From a virus, in IMG/VR virus record IMGVR_UViG_3300044800_000040, positions 4,691 to 68,690 of that record: 64,000 bases of DNA, one strand, 5' to 3'. The position numbers were made by a program, and so were the translations under genes. The notes beneath the pieces were generated by a model. That model ran no database searches, had not been told where the DNA came from, and saw only the letters and a list, made by a program, of their open reading frames with translations. Every line of letters begins with the position of its first letter. Position 1 is the stretch's first letter. This document shows, one piece after another, positions 1 through 9,945 of the stretch.

Positions 1-82
1 GGCCCGGAGCAGTACCACGGGACCATCACTGGCCTGCTCGCCTCCTAGTCTGGCTGACTAGGTCAACAAGGAGGAAACAGAC

Positions 83-499
83 ATGATGACCGACAACAAG
101 ACGGGGCTGTCCCCGACCCAGCGTGACACCGAGATCATGATGGCCCTGGCCGCTGCCGGTGACCTTGTGTTCACCGTGTACCCCGCGACCTGCACCAGGG
201 TGGCCACCTCGGCGGCTTGGAGCCGCGAAGTGCGCATCCGCCTCAACAGCGCCTCCCTGGACTGCCACACGTGGTTCAGCGGGGCCATCGCCAACGGCGT
301 GTCCATCGGCGATACGGCGTCCGGCACTGCCGCCATTGCCAGCACCACCCTGACCTTCGTCCACGGTGAGGCCGTGGTGACCGTCACCGGCACTGGCGCG
401 TTCGCCGCGACCAACACCGACACCCTGACCATCGCCCAGGCGACGATCATGGGTGCGACCGTGGCCAGCAAGACCAGCGTCCAGACCTGGACCAGTTAA
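83..499 (+). CDS. Putative virion (head decoration-like) protein
   Basis: AGGAGG RBS; Thr/Ala-rich beta-type sequence; precedes the head-tail genes. Confidence 0.5.
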   Translation: MMTDNKTGLSPTQRDTEIMMALAAAGDLVFTVYPATCTRVATSAAWSREVRIRLNSASLDCHTWFSGAIANGVSIGDTASGTAAIASTTLTFVHGEAVVTVTGTGAFAATNTDTLTIAQATIMGATVASKTSVQTWTS

Positions 500-562
500 C
501 CAACCCAGGGCAGGGGCTTCGGATGAGGCCCCTGCCCTACACAACAACCGGAGGAAACCGGA

Positions 563-859
563 ATGACCACTTTCTACCAGACTGAAGGCAAGGCCACTGT
601 GGTGTGGGACGCGGAGCAGGATTGCGCGCTGTGCGAGTTCGCGAACCGTCAGCTCGAGACGGACGACCCCAGGGTGATCGCCAAGCTGGAAGAGCTGGGC
701 TACCCCAAGCAGGGCCAGCCGCTGAACTACTCCGACGCGGAGCAGATGGCGCAGATCGACCAGATCAACGACACGGGCGACAGCGGAGCCTCCCCCCAGG
801 AGATGGCCGAGAAGGCTGCCGCCCCTTTGGCCAAGCCCACGCGCCGCGCCAAGAAGTAG
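563..859 (+). CDS. Hypothetical protein
   Basis: GGAGG RBS; fits the gene tiling. Confidence 0.6.
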   Translation: MTTFYQTEGKATVVWDAEQDCALCEFANRQLETDDPRVIAKLEELGYPKQGQPLNYSDAEQMAQIDQINDTGDSGASPQEMAEKAAAPLAKPTRRAKK

Positions 860-1347
860 TGACCCTGGTTGTCGGCTCGGCTCCATGCTGGGCCGACGAC
901 TTGGCAAACTTCGCTGCGCTGGGGTGGCCTATCAAAGAGGTGATTGCGGTGAACAGAGCAGGCATCGAATACACCAGCCCCATCGCAGCTTGGGCCACCT
1001 ACCACCCCGAGGAACTCCCGGAGTGGTTGGCCGCCAGACGGGCCGCTGGTGGCAATGTGGGCATCCCTTGCTACTCTCACCGCCTTGTCCCCCACGTCAC
1101 CCAGGTGCTTGAGCATGAGGAGCCCAGTGGCTCGTCCACCCTTTTGGGTGTGCGGGTTGCCCTGCTCCGCGGAGCTCTCGGCGTAGTCGTGGTGGGTTGC
1201 CGGCTCGATGATCAGGACTACTGGGTCTATCGTCAGGGCTGGCGCGAATACACTGATCAACTCCAGGGCTGCGTGCGGGCCATGTCGGGGTGGCTGTCAC
1301 AGCACCTCGGCGTTCCGTCGCACCCCTGGTTGGAGGCACTCACATGA
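859..1347 (+). CDS. Rossmann-like enzyme (MptE/DUF115/GT29-like fold), paralog of 4938..5531
   Basis: GTG overlaps the upstream stop; motifs LVVGS, VIAVN, ATYHP, GSSTL, VVVG, VRAMSG shared with the paralog. Confidence 0.5.
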   Translation: MTLVVGSAPCWADDLANFAALGWPIKEVIAVNRAGIEYTSPIAAWATYHPEELPEWLAARRAAGGNVGIPCYSHRLVPHVTQVLEHEEPSGSSTLLGVRVALLRGALGVVVVGCRLDDQDYWVYRQGWREYTDQLQGCVRAMSGWLSQHLGVPSHPWLEALT

Positions 1348-1688
1348 ACGACCGCGCTGTCGAAATCCTGGAGATGAGCAACATCAGGCTCTTCTGCCCT
1401 GGTGCTACCCTGACCGGGGCTCCCCTTGTATGCAACACGGGTAGCAACGCCACCACGGGCACGGCCACGACTGGCCTGCTCTACGTGTACTCGACCGTGG
1501 ACTTCCACATCAAGATCAGCACCGCCAGCCCGGCGACTGCGGCGTCCACCAATGACGCTCCGTTCCCCGGCCTGACCCCGTTGCTGTTCTCGGTGCCGTT
1601 GGGCTCCAGGGTGGCTGTCGTGAAGCGCGATGGCGTGGCCGACGGCACGACCTGGGTCCACAACGTCATTGACACCACGAGGGTGTAG
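1344..1688 (+). CDS. Hypothetical virion protein
   Basis: ATGA overlap, GGAGG RBS. Confidence 0.55.
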   Translation: MNDRAVEILEMSNIRLFCPGATLTGAPLVCNTGSNATTGTATTGLLYVYSTVDFHIKISTASPATAASTNDAPFPGLTPLLFSVPLGSRVAVVKRDGVADGTTWVHNVIDTTRV

Positions 1689-1690
1689 TC

Positions 1691-2089
1691 ATGGGCCTGG
1701 GCGTTGTTCTCCAGCAGGCGATCGTGGACTGGCTCAAGGGCACGTCCTTCATCGCTGCACCCGTGTCCATGACCCTGGCGCTGTCCACTGCCGACCCCCT
1801 GGACGATGGCAGCGGCCTGGCCGAGCCCACCGGCAACGGCTATGCCCGGCAGACCTTCACGCCAGGGGCCCGCACCAGCACGAACGGCGTTGGCACAACC
1901 GTGGCAAACGCGACCGACATCATCCACGGCCCGGCGTCGGGATCGGGGTGGGGAACCATCACCCACTTCTGCGTCATCGACAGCTCCAGCCGGAAGGTGC
2001 TGTCCGGTTCCTACGCTGTGCCCAAGAACGTAGCCGTCGGCGACTCCTTCGTGACCAACGCCGGCAGCATCATCCTGACTGTGAGGTAG
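1691..2089 (+). CDS. Structural protein (LALSTADP...EPTGNGYARQ type)
   Basis: Motif common in phage virion proteins. Confidence 0.6.
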   Translation: MGLGVVLQQAIVDWLKGTSFIAAPVSMTLALSTADPLDDGSGLAEPTGNGYARQTFTPGARTSTNGVGTTVANATDIIHGPASGSGWGTITHFCVIDSSSRKVLSGSYAVPKNVAVGDSFVTNAGSIILTVR

Positions 2090-2092
2090 CAG

Positions 2093-2560
2093 ATGCGTGG
2101 ACCTTCCCAGGCCAACCGGCAGCAGTCCGGAGCAGTCCTTGTCGGTGGATACCTGGCAGGGACTTCCGGCGTTCGGAGGTCTGGTACGGGCACGTGCCTG
2201 GCTCTCGCAGAAACGGGTGCTGTGGGCGTGCGGGGAGCCGGGGGGCAGTCTGACCTTGCCCTGGGCGTCTCCGTTGCCACAGCGCACGCAAACCGCTTCC
2301 TTGCCCGGTCTGTGCAGTCGCTCGGAGCCGAGTGCGTCTGCATCACCGCCAAGGAAATCGTGGCCATCTCTCGCGGCGTGTGGGAGGCCCTGCTCGGTGG
2401 CACGATCACCGCAGAGGACGCCATGCTGGCCGCGGGTTCCGCCGGAGACCCCTGGATCACCCCGCTGCCTGGCACGTACCCCGCTGGCAGTGCAGGCGCT
2501 CTCGTGTCCGGGCTGGACACCAAGGTTGACGACACCCAGGCGCTGGTCCTGGCAAAGTAG
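2093..2560 (+). CDS. Hypothetical virion protein
   Basis: Fills the gap between flanking genes; GAGG RBS. Confidence 0.5.
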   Translation: MRGPSQANRQQSGAVLVGGYLAGTSGVRRSGTGTCLALAETGAVGVRGAGGQSDLALGVSVATAHANRFLARSVQSLGAECVCITAKEIVAISRGVWEALLGGTITAEDAMLAAGSAGDPWITPLPGTYPAGSAGALVSGLDTKVDDTQALVLAK

Positions 2561-2569
2561 GAGAGGAAC

Positions 2570-3127
2570 ATGCCCACCACGCTCATCGTCGAGGACGGCA
2601 CCGTCGTTGCCAACGCGAACGCCTTCGTTGCCCTGGCAACCTGCGACACGTATCACAGCCTGCGCGGCAACTCGGCCTGGACCGGGACCGACGCTGCCAA
2701 GGAAGCTGCCATCGTCAAGGCCACCTTCTATCTCGACCGGCTCAACTGGAAGGGGCTCAAGACCGGGGTCAACAACCCGCTCGCCTGGCCGCGCTACGGC
2801 GACAGTCTCCAGGGCTGGAACCGGATGGTCATGCCGGCCTCGCCGTTCATCGGCATTGTGGACGAGGACGGGTATGATGTGGGCACGGCAACGGTCCCGG
2901 TGAAGGTTCAGTACGCCTGTTGCGAGATGGCGCTGCGCTTCTTGAACAGCGCGGTGCCCGAGCCCGACCTCGACAGGGGTGGCAAGATCAAGTCGCAGAC
3001 CATCGACGTCATCAGCATCACTTACGAGTCCGGCGCACCGACCGCCCCGGTGTACACGGTCATCCAGCGGCTCCTGCGCGGGCTGCTGCGCGCCGACACC
3101 ACCTCGACGATTCAGCTGGGGATGTAG
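2570..3127 (+). CDS. Head-tail connector (DnaT-like family)
   Basis: LIVEDGTVVANANAFV...LAWPR...VQYACCEMAL pattern; position. Confidence 0.75.
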   Translation: MPTTLIVEDGTVVANANAFVALATCDTYHSLRGNSAWTGTDAAKEAAIVKATFYLDRLNWKGLKTGVNNPLAWPRYGDSLQGWNRMVMPASPFIGIVDEDGYDVGTATVPVKVQYACCEMALRFLNSAVPEPDLDRGGKIKSQTIDVISITYESGAPTAPVYTVIQRLLRGLLRADTTSTIQLGM

Positions 3128-3129
3128 TC

Positions 3130-3507
3130 ATGGAATGGAACTCCATCGCGGGCACGGTCGCCACCCAGATTGCCAACTATGGTGCGGACGTGACAATCAG
3201 TCGGGCCATCAAGGGCACCTTCAACGATGCGGCAGGGACGTTCACCGGGGACTCGGTGGCCACCTACCCGGTCAAGGCGCTCATCAACGCCAAGGGGAAG
3301 CGGGGCTATGGTGAGGACCGCGAGCCTGGTACCCTCATCCGCTCCGCCTCCATCAGCTTTCTTGTGGCCGCCAACTCCCTGTCCATCACCCCGCTGGCGG
3401 GTGACTTGGTCACCCTGGCGAACGGCACCGTGTTCACGGTTGAGCAGAACATCCCGGTGTTCCCTGGGGGCGTCTACCTGATGCACCGTCTGCTGTGCAG
3501 GGCGTAG
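3130..3507 (+). CDS. Head closure / head-tail joining protein
   Basis: Size and position after the connector. Confidence 0.6.
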   Translation: MEWNSIAGTVATQIANYGADVTISRAIKGTFNDAAGTFTGDSVATYPVKALINAKGKRGYGEDREPGTLIRSASISFLVAANSLSITPLAGDLVTLANGTVFTVEQNIPVFPGGVYLMHRLLCRA

Positions 3508-3510
3508 GTC

Positions 3511-3996
3511 ATGGCGGGCAGCTTCCAGATTGCGGTGAAGAAATTCACCGACCAGACCGAGAAGCGGATCAACGCAACCGTGCGCTGGCTTTGCCTTGAA
3601 ATCAGTCGCCGTGTCATTCTCAAGACCCCCGTGGACACCGGACGTGCCCGCGGGTCATGGACCCCCGCCATGAACGCAATGGCGACGGGCGGTGGGCAGA
3701 TAGACAAGTCTGGGGGAGCCACCCTGGGTGCGGTGTCCGGGGTCGTCGCCGGCTACAAGCCAGGGGACACCTTCTACCTGATGAGCAACCTGCCGTACAT
3801 CGGCGTGCTGGAATATGGGCAGTACCCCGATCCCCCTGCACGTGGCAGCTGGGTCAAGAAGGCGGGCAAGAAGGGCAGCTGGGTTGTGAAGTCCTCCGGG
3901 GGCTTTTCCAAGCAAGCCCCCGCGGGCATGGTGCGCATCACCCTGGCAGAGTTCCCGGGCATTGTCGAACAAGCAGTCAGCCACGCCAAGGAGTAG
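3511..3996 (+). CDS. HK97 gp10-like tail completion protein
   Basis: TPVDTGRARGSW, NLPYIGVLEYG, SKQAPAGMVR motifs. Confidence 0.85.
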   Translation: MAGSFQIAVKKFTDQTEKRINATVRWLCLEISRRVILKTPVDTGRARGSWTPAMNAMATGGGQIDKSGGATLGAVSGVVAGYKPGDTFYLMSNLPYIGVLEYGQYPDPPARGSWVKKAGKKGSWVVKSSGGFSKQAPAGMVRITLAEFPGIVEQAVSHAKE

Positions 3997-3999
3997 CAA

Positions 4000-4731
4000 G
4001 TGGGAAAGCACACCGACATCCAGTCCCTTCTCAATGCCAGGCTCGCGACGATCTCGCCCGCACTGCCCATTTGTCACGAGAACATTGACTTCACTCCGCC
4101 CAACCCGACAGACGCCGTGCTGCCGCAGATCAGCAAGTGCTATTTCGTCGCCCGCACCCCTGCCGTCGATGACGTCTACACAATCACCATTGACGGCGTG
4201 GCGCATACGGCCTCCGGAGCAAGCCTGTCCGCGATCATGGCCGCGCTCACCGGCAGTATTGTGGGTGCAAGGCTCACCGCTAGCCCTCCCACTGTCATCA
4301 TCACAGGGGCGTCAGACGGCACGCCCTTCACCGTGGCTGTGTCCGCTGTGACAGCGGGCGGCGTGCCCATTGCCGGAGCCCTTGCGTCCCCGGCCTACGC
4401 CACCACCCAGGACGCCTTCATCGGCAATGCCTGGCTGCGCTCCTTTCTCATGGAGGGTCGCCCGATGCCCGCCACCATTGGCGTCGACGGGCTCAACAAG
4501 CAGGTCGGCGTGTTCCAGGTGGATGTGCTGTTCGCGGCGGGGGAGGGCTGGGGCGACTGCAAGGCAATGGCGGACACGGTCTGTGCGTTGTTCAAGCGAG
4601 GCACCTCCATGACCCAGGGCACCAGCCGTGTGCTTGTCGAAGGCAGCGGGCCTGGCCCGGCGACGACCGATGGCCAGTGGTACCGCATCCCCGTGTCGGT
4701 CTACTACATGGCGTTCGTGGAAAATGACTGA
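4000..4731 (+). CDS. Tail terminator (DUF4128-like) with internal insertion
   Basis: ENIDFTPP...GVFQVDV...ADTVCALFKRGT...WYRIPVSVYY. Confidence 0.7.
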   Translation: MGKHTDIQSLLNARLATISPALPICHENIDFTPPNPTDAVLPQISKCYFVARTPAVDDVYTITIDGVAHTASGASLSAIMAALTGSIVGARLTASPPTVIITGASDGTPFTVAVSAVTAGGVPIAGALASPAYATTQDAFIGNAWLRSFLMEGRPMPATIGVDGLNKQVGVFQVDVLFAAGEGWGDCKAMADTVCALFKRGTSMTQGTSRVLVEGSGPGPATTDGQWYRIPVSVYYMAFVEND

Positions 4732-4906
4732 TGCCAAGCCGCAGGCCATTCACAACTTCCGCTGCCCGGTCTGTACCCACTTGCTTTTCAGGGGTCAGGT
4801 CCTTATGGTGGAAATCAAGTGCGACAAATGCAAGTCGCTGATGGTCTTTCATGCATCGGGCAAAGCCCAGTTGATCGAGCGTCGTAGAACGCCTGCTGTG
4901 AAGTGA
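4724..4906 (+). CDS. Mu Com-like zinc-finger regulator
   Basis: RCPVCTHLLF...VEIKCDKCK. Confidence 0.7.
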   Translation: MTDAKPQAIHNFRCPVCTHLLFRGQVLMVEIKCDKCKSLMVFHASGKAQLIERRRTPAVK

Positions 4907-4937
4907 TTCCCGGTGGGCGTTTTCTTTTGGAGGCGGA

Positions 4938-5531
4938 ATGGCGAAGATGCGCGTTGAGAACAAGCCGAGGCAGGCAAAGGTGCGGGGAGCCGGCACATCG
5001 ACAGATGTGGCCGCTACTCCTGTCTCCCTTGACCCGATCCTGCTCGTGGTTGGTTCGAGCTCGCGCATCGCCCCCGACGTTTCCCTGGCGCACAGCATGT
5101 TGGGGGGGCTGCCCTTCGACGTGATGGTCGTGAACAACACGGGCGCGATCTACACCGACCCGATCAAGTACGTGGCGACCTGGCACCCGGACGACATGGA
5201 GCACTTCAGAGAGAACCGGGCCAAGGTTGGGGGCAACATGGACTTCACTGTGGTGACCCAGTTCAGCCACTACGAGCAGTTCGGTGCAATGCACGTCGGC
5301 GTGACCATCAGCGGGGGCAGCTCCGCACTGTACGCTGTCCTTGCCGGCATCCAGCTCGGGTATTCCCGGGTGTTGATCGCTGGTGTTGATTTGAGAGGTG
5401 AGTACGCCCACTTCCAGAAGGGGTGGGCGAAGTCGTATGAGGCGATCAAGGACAAGGTCCGGGCCCTGTCCGGCTACCCCAACGAACTGCTGGGCCCACC
5501 CAGCCCGGAATGGTTGGCGGGCAACAAATAA
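4938..5531 (+). CDS. Rossmann-like enzyme, paralog of 859..1347
   Basis: LVVGS, ATWHP, GSSAL, IAGVDL, VRALSG; GGAGG RBS. Confidence 0.55.
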   Translation: MAKMRVENKPRQAKVRGAGTSTDVAATPVSLDPILLVVGSSSRIAPDVSLAHSMLGGLPFDVMVVNNTGAIYTDPIKYVATWHPDDMEHFRENRAKVGGNMDFTVVTQFSHYEQFGAMHVGVTISGGSSALYAVLAGIQLGYSRVLIAGVDLRGEYAHFQKGWAKSYEAIKDKVRALSGYPNELLGPPSPEWLAGNK

Positions 5532-5549
5532 GCGCAGGAGGATTCTGCC

Positions 5550-6464
5550 ATGACCACTTTCGCCGCGGGCTCCCAGCACGCACTCCAGTACATCACCGAA
5601 GTGACGATGGGCACCACCCCGTCGACCCCGCAGATGATTGCTCTGCGCAACACCAGCTGTACGCTGGATCTGACCAAGGACAACTTCGCCTCGGGCGAGA
5701 TCCGGTCGGACCGCATGATCAGCGACATGCGCCTGGGTGTCCAGAAGGTGGCCGGCGACATTGGCTTCGAGCTCTCGTACAAGGAGTTCGACACCCTTCT
5801 CGAGTCGGCCCTGTTCGGCGCGTGGAACGTCGACGTCCTCAAGGCCGGGGTCACCCCCAAGTACATGACCTTCGAGCGCCAGTTCACCGACATCACCAAG
5901 TACCGGGTGTTCCGTGGCTGCGTTGTGGACAAGCTCTCCCTGTCCATCAAGCCCAACTCCATGATCACCGGCACGTTCAGCCTGATCGGCATCGACAACG
6001 TGAACAACAATACCCCGCTGGACGCCTCGCCCACTGCGTCGCAGACCAACAGCCCGCTCGACTCGTTCACGGGCACGCTGACGGAAGGTGGGGTGGCCAT
6101 CGCGACCGTCACCGGCATCGACCTGACCCTGAACAACGGAGTCACCCCGGCTCTGGTCGTGGGCTCCACCAAGGCCGCCGCTCTGGTTCCCCAGCGCATC
6201 GACCTGACCGGCTCCATCGACGCTTACTTCCCTGACCTGACCCTGCTCAACAAGTTCATCAACGAGACCGAGTCGAGCCTGTCCATCGTGCTCGGCAACG
6301 GCGCCACCAAGAGCTACACCCTGCTCATCCCGCGCATCAAGTTCACGGGTGGCGAGACCCCGCTCTCCGGCGAGGGCCCCATCGTCCTGAAGATGCCCTT
6401 CCAGGCGCTTCTCGACAGCTCGTCCACCAACACCAACTTCCAGATCACCCGCACGGCCACCTAA
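5550..6464 (+). CDS. Major tail (tube) protein
   Basis: SGEIRSDR, GDIGFELS, LESALFGAW; position; strong RBS. Confidence 0.85.
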   Translation: MTTFAAGSQHALQYITEVTMGTTPSTPQMIALRNTSCTLDLTKDNFASGEIRSDRMISDMRLGVQKVAGDIGFELSYKEFDTLLESALFGAWNVDVLKAGVTPKYMTFERQFTDITKYRVFRGCVVDKLSLSIKPNSMITGTFSLIGIDNVNNNTPLDASPTASQTNSPLDSFTGTLTEGGVAIATVTGIDLTLNNGVTPALVVGSTKAAALVPQRIDLTGSIDAYFPDLTLLNKFINETESSLSIVLGNGATKSYTLLIPRIKFTGGETPLSGEGPIVLKMPFQALLDSSSTNTNFQITRTAT

Positions 6465-6490
6465 CATCAACCGACCAAGGGGACACAACA

Positions 6491-6868
6491 ATGGATCTCA
6501 CGAGCATCACCGACATCAGCGGCAACGGCGCGGAACTTGTCATCACCCATCCCGTCACTGGCCAGGACACCGACATCAAGTTCACCCTGGCCGGGTCGGA
6601 CAGTGAGCAGTACCGCAAGGCGCAGCGCCTCATCCAGAACCGCCGCTTGCAGAAGCCCGGTCGCATGAAGCTGGACGCCGCGGTCATTGAGAAGGAAGCC
6701 CTGGAGCTGCTCGCCGCTTGCGTGATCAGCTGGAAGGGTGTCCAGCTGGACGGGATGGAGCTGCCTTGCACCCGGGAGAACGCCATGGGCGTCTTCGAGC
6801 GGTTCCCCTGGCTCCGCGACCAGTGCGACAACTTCATCGGCGACCGGCAGAACTTCTTGCAGGACTGA
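6491..6868 (+). CDS. Tail assembly chaperone
   Basis: Between tube and tape measure genes; HPVTG, GSDS, WKGV, PWLRDQ. Confidence 0.8.
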   Translation: MDLTSITDISGNGAELVITHPVTGQDTDIKFTLAGSDSEQYRKAQRLIQNRRLQKPGRMKLDAAVIEKEALELLAACVISWKGVQLDGMELPCTRENAMGVFERFPWLRDQCDNFIGDRQNFLQD

Positions 6869-7218
6869 TTGACGCCCTGACTGGCGCAGTCAGGGCAACT
6901 GTGCAGCTCGAGTACCCGAGGAAAGATGGCACGAAGCTCGCTGACCACCTCGACCAGATCCTCCGCACACATGGGGAGCTGCCTCCGGGCTCCCCTGTGG
7001 TGGAGGAGATCCCTTTCCCAGCAGCCGCTCTCTGGAGCATCTTCTGGCAGCTGTCTGGGGCACGGGGATCAAATGGCTTCGGGCCGACTGGGCTCTCCTT
7101 CACGGAGATCCAAGCCTGGTCAGACCTGTACGCAGTAGAGCTGACACCCTGGGAGGTTGAGGCACTGAAGGCCATGGATGCCGAGTACCTCAAGACCACC
7201 GCCCAACTGGAGAAGTAG
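6850..7218 (+). CDS. Tail assembly chaperone, gpT-like part (-1 frame; start uncertain)
   Basis: LSFTEIQAWSDLYAVELTPWEVEALKAMD motif; in the -1 frame of the preceding gene. Confidence 0.65.
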   Translation, partial: ELLAGLIDALTGAVRATVQLEYPRKDGTKLADHLDQILRTHGELPPGSPVVEEIPFPAAALWSIFWQLSGARGSNGFGPTGLSFTEIQAWSDLYAVELTPWEVEALKAMDAEYLKTTAQLEK

Positions 7219-9942
7219 ATGGCTGACCTCGCTGAACTTGGAATTGCGATCCGCTCCGACGGGGTGGTCGTTGCTGTTGACCGGCTCAAGCAGCTGGAGC
7301 AGGAAGCGGGCAAAGCGGAGTCTGCCACGGACAAGCTCGGCAAGTCCTTCGACAGCCTCCAGTCCATTGCTTTGAAGTTGGCCGGGTACTTTGCCACGTT
7401 CGAGCTGGGCAAGCTGGCCAAGGATGCCACTATGGCGGCCGCGCATCACGAGACGCTGGCCCTGTCCATGCGCAAGGTCGGGGAGAACGCCGGGTACACC
7501 ATCGACCAGCTCGAGCACCTCACCGAGACCCTCACCAAGTATGGCATGACCGAGGAAGGGGCGATGGAGGTCATCAACAAGATGGCCGGCCAGTACCTCA
7601 ACCTCGCTGATGCCCAGGAGCTTGCCGAGCGCGCCCGTGACATCGGCATCGCCAAGGGTGAGCAGACCACGGAAGTGATGAGTGCGATGATCCGCGCCAT
7701 CGAGACGGGCAACACCAGGATGCTCCGCCAGTTCGACATCATGGTGAACCAGGAGACCGCGGTGCTCAAGTACGCGGACAGCCTGCACCTCTCCACCAAG
7801 GAGCTCAACGAGAACCAGCGCATGGAGGCCATCCGGTTGGAGGTCATGCGCAAGTCCGCAGGCTACGCTGGAGTCGCGGCGTCCACGCAGGACATGCTCA
7901 CCCGCAAGCTTGGTGCCCTGCGCCGCGCCTGGGACGAGTTCCATGATGATCTGGGCAAGGCGTTCCAGGGTCCGGGTGCCGCAGTGTTGTCTGCGCTGAC
8001 CGACCAGTTGGAACACCTGCGCAAGATCGTGCAGACCGACGAGTTCCAGGACAAGCTCAAGAGGGTGGCCGAGGCCGCTGCCAAGCTCGCCAAAGTTTTG
8101 GTGGAGATGGGGGCACAGGTAGGCACGCTGGCTTACAATCTCCTCGACGTGCTGGCCAACCTGCCCGAATGGGTGTTGGAGGCGGGCATCATTGGGGTGT
8201 TCCTGTTCGGCAAGAAAGCCAAGTTTGTGATCGCGGGCATCGCCGTAGCCGCCAGCGTCATCAAGGGTGTGGAGGCTCGTGGCCGCAAAGCTGCGGATGA
8301 GGAGACGGAGGCAATGGGGTATGGGGCTGCCCCCGGAGCCGCGTCCACTGCCACCGATCTTGACAAGGCCAAGGCCGCCGCAGCCAACGCTGCCAGGCAG
8401 GCCGAGTCCGTCAAGGCTGCCGCAGAGGGAGCCGCCAACCGCAAGAAGGAACTCTCCGAGGAGGAGGCCCTGCGTCAGCGGAAGCTGGCCGCAGAGTTGC
8501 TGGCGTCCGAGAAGGCTGCCGGCGAGGCCCAGTGGGCTGCCCGCATTTCGCTGTACACCGACCAGGGCAAGAAGGTGGAAGCCGCCGAAGCCGAACTGCA
8601 GGCCAAGCTCTACTCCATCGAGATGGACCGCCGGGTGAAGCAAGCCAACATGGATGCCGCCAGTGGCACCAGGGGCAACATCAACGACGCCGCCACGGCA
8701 GCAGCAGAGCAGGCGACCATCGAGGGCATGCGCAAGATTGCCCAGGCCAAGGCCGAGGTGGTCGCCATTCAGCACGAGCTCCAGTCGAAACTCGGCACGG
8801 CGATGGGCTCCGCGGGCACGCTTGGGTCCAGTATTTCCGCGGCGTTCGATGAGTACCAGAAGGGTGCCAACTCCACCACCACGGACGCGAACAAGGAGAT
8901 GTTCCAGAAGATTTTCGTTGAGCAGCGTGCCAGGCTGAGCGAGGACGCTGCCCAGGCTGCCGCTACTGCACAGAATGCCGCACAGCAGACCACTGCGAGT
9001 CTGCGTGGCGAAGGAGCCTCCTCTCTGTTCGGCTTCGACGTGGAGGCACGCCAGGCAGCCAAGGTTGCCCAGGTGCAGGCCGAGGAGGCCGGTAAGATGC
9101 TGGCCGTGCAGAAGCAGATCACGGACGCCGTACGCGAGGAAGCTGCCGCTCGTGAACAGCTCAAGTCTGCCAAGGAGGAAGGTGACTGGTCGGAGGCCAG
9201 CCTCGCTGCACTCCAGGAAGAGATTGACCGCCGCAAGGAACTGGTCCGGCTTCTTGAACTCCAGAAGGGAGTGCAGGCCGACACCAGTCGCCGCAAGGTC
9301 GAGAATGTCAAGAACGAGCGCACGCTGCTGGGTGGTCTGACACAGGCGTGGAATGACTACTCCGATCAAGTCAGCAACACCGGCAAGAATGTGGGCACCG
9401 CGTTCACGAACATCATGGGTGGGCTGGAAAACACGATGGTGGAGTTCTTCGACAAGGGCACCATCGGGTGGAAGCAGTTCGGCGCAATGGTCCGCACAGA
9501 GCTCACCAAGATGTACGTCAAGGAACAGGTCATGGCTCCGCTCATGGCTGGTGCCAAGGGGCTCTGGGCCTCTCTGTTCAGCGCCAACGGCAACGCCTTC
9601 GGGCCCAGTGGCCTGCTCGCCTTCGCGAACGGTGGGGTGGTCAACTCGCCCACCATGTTCGGCTACGGTGCTGGCAACATCGGCATCATGGGTGAAGCGG
9701 GGCCGGAGGCCATTGTTCCCCTGTCCCGGGGCACTGACGGCAAGCTCGGCGTCAAATCGCAGGGAGGCGCGGCTCCTATCAACGTGCAGGTCAACGTGGT
9801 GAACCAGTCGGGCACGGCCGTTCAGCAGAAGGGCCCGGCCAAAGTGCAGTGGTCGAACGAAATGCGCGACGGCATCATCACGGTGGTCGTGGAAGCCATC
9901 GATAACAACACAGGCGGCCTGCGCACCAAGTTGGGGGGCTAG
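7219..9942 (+). CDS. Tape measure protein
   Basis: 907 aa, Ala-rich helical; C-terminal FANGG...MGEAGPEAIVPL. Confidence 0.92.
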   Translation: MADLAELGIAIRSDGVVVAVDRLKQLEQEAGKAESATDKLGKSFDSLQSIALKLAGYFATFELGKLAKDATMAAAHHETLALSMRKVGENAGYTIDQLEHLTETLTKYGMTEEGAMEVINKMAGQYLNLADAQELAERARDIGIAKGEQTTEVMSAMIRAIETGNTRMLRQFDIMVNQETAVLKYADSLHLSTKELNENQRMEAIRLEVMRKSAGYAGVAASTQDMLTRKLGALRRAWDEFHDDLGKAFQGPGAAVLSALTDQLEHLRKIVQTDEFQDKLKRVAEAAAKLAKVLVEMGAQVGTLAYNLLDVLANLPEWVLEAGIIGVFLFGKKAKFVIAGIAVAASVIKGVEARGRKAADEETEAMGYGAAPGAASTATDLDKAKAAAANAARQAESVKAAAEGAANRKKELSEEEALRQRKLAAELLASEKAAGEAQWAARISLYTDQGKKVEAAEAELQAKLYSIEMDRRVKQANMDAASGTRGNINDAATAAAEQATIEGMRKIAQAKAEVVAIQHELQSKLGTAMGSAGTLGSSISAAFDEYQKGANSTTTDANKEMFQKIFVEQRARLSEDAAQAAATAQNAAQQTTASLRGEGASSLFGFDVEARQAAKVAQVQAEEAGKMLAVQKQITDAVREEAAAREQLKSAKEEGDWSEASLAALQEEIDRRKELVRLLELQKGVQADTSRRKVENVKNERTLLGGLTQAWNDYSDQVSNTGKNVGTAFTNIMGGLENTMVEFFDKGTIGWKQFGAMVRTELTKMYVKEQVMAPLMAGAKGLWASLFSANGNAFGPSGLLAFANGGVVNSPTMFGYGAGNIGIMGEAGPEAIVPLSRGTDGKLGVKSQGGAAPINVQVNVVNQSGTAVQQKGPAKVQWSNEMRDGIITVVVEAIDNNTGGLRTKLGG

Positions 9943-9945
9943 CAG

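Noticed and set aside
6845-6868. Canonical -1 slippery site for the tail chaperone
   Set aside because: The frames fit a -1 shift, but aac-ttc-ttg is not an XXXYYYZ heptamer. A GTG at 6901 is an alternative start, so this is unresolved.
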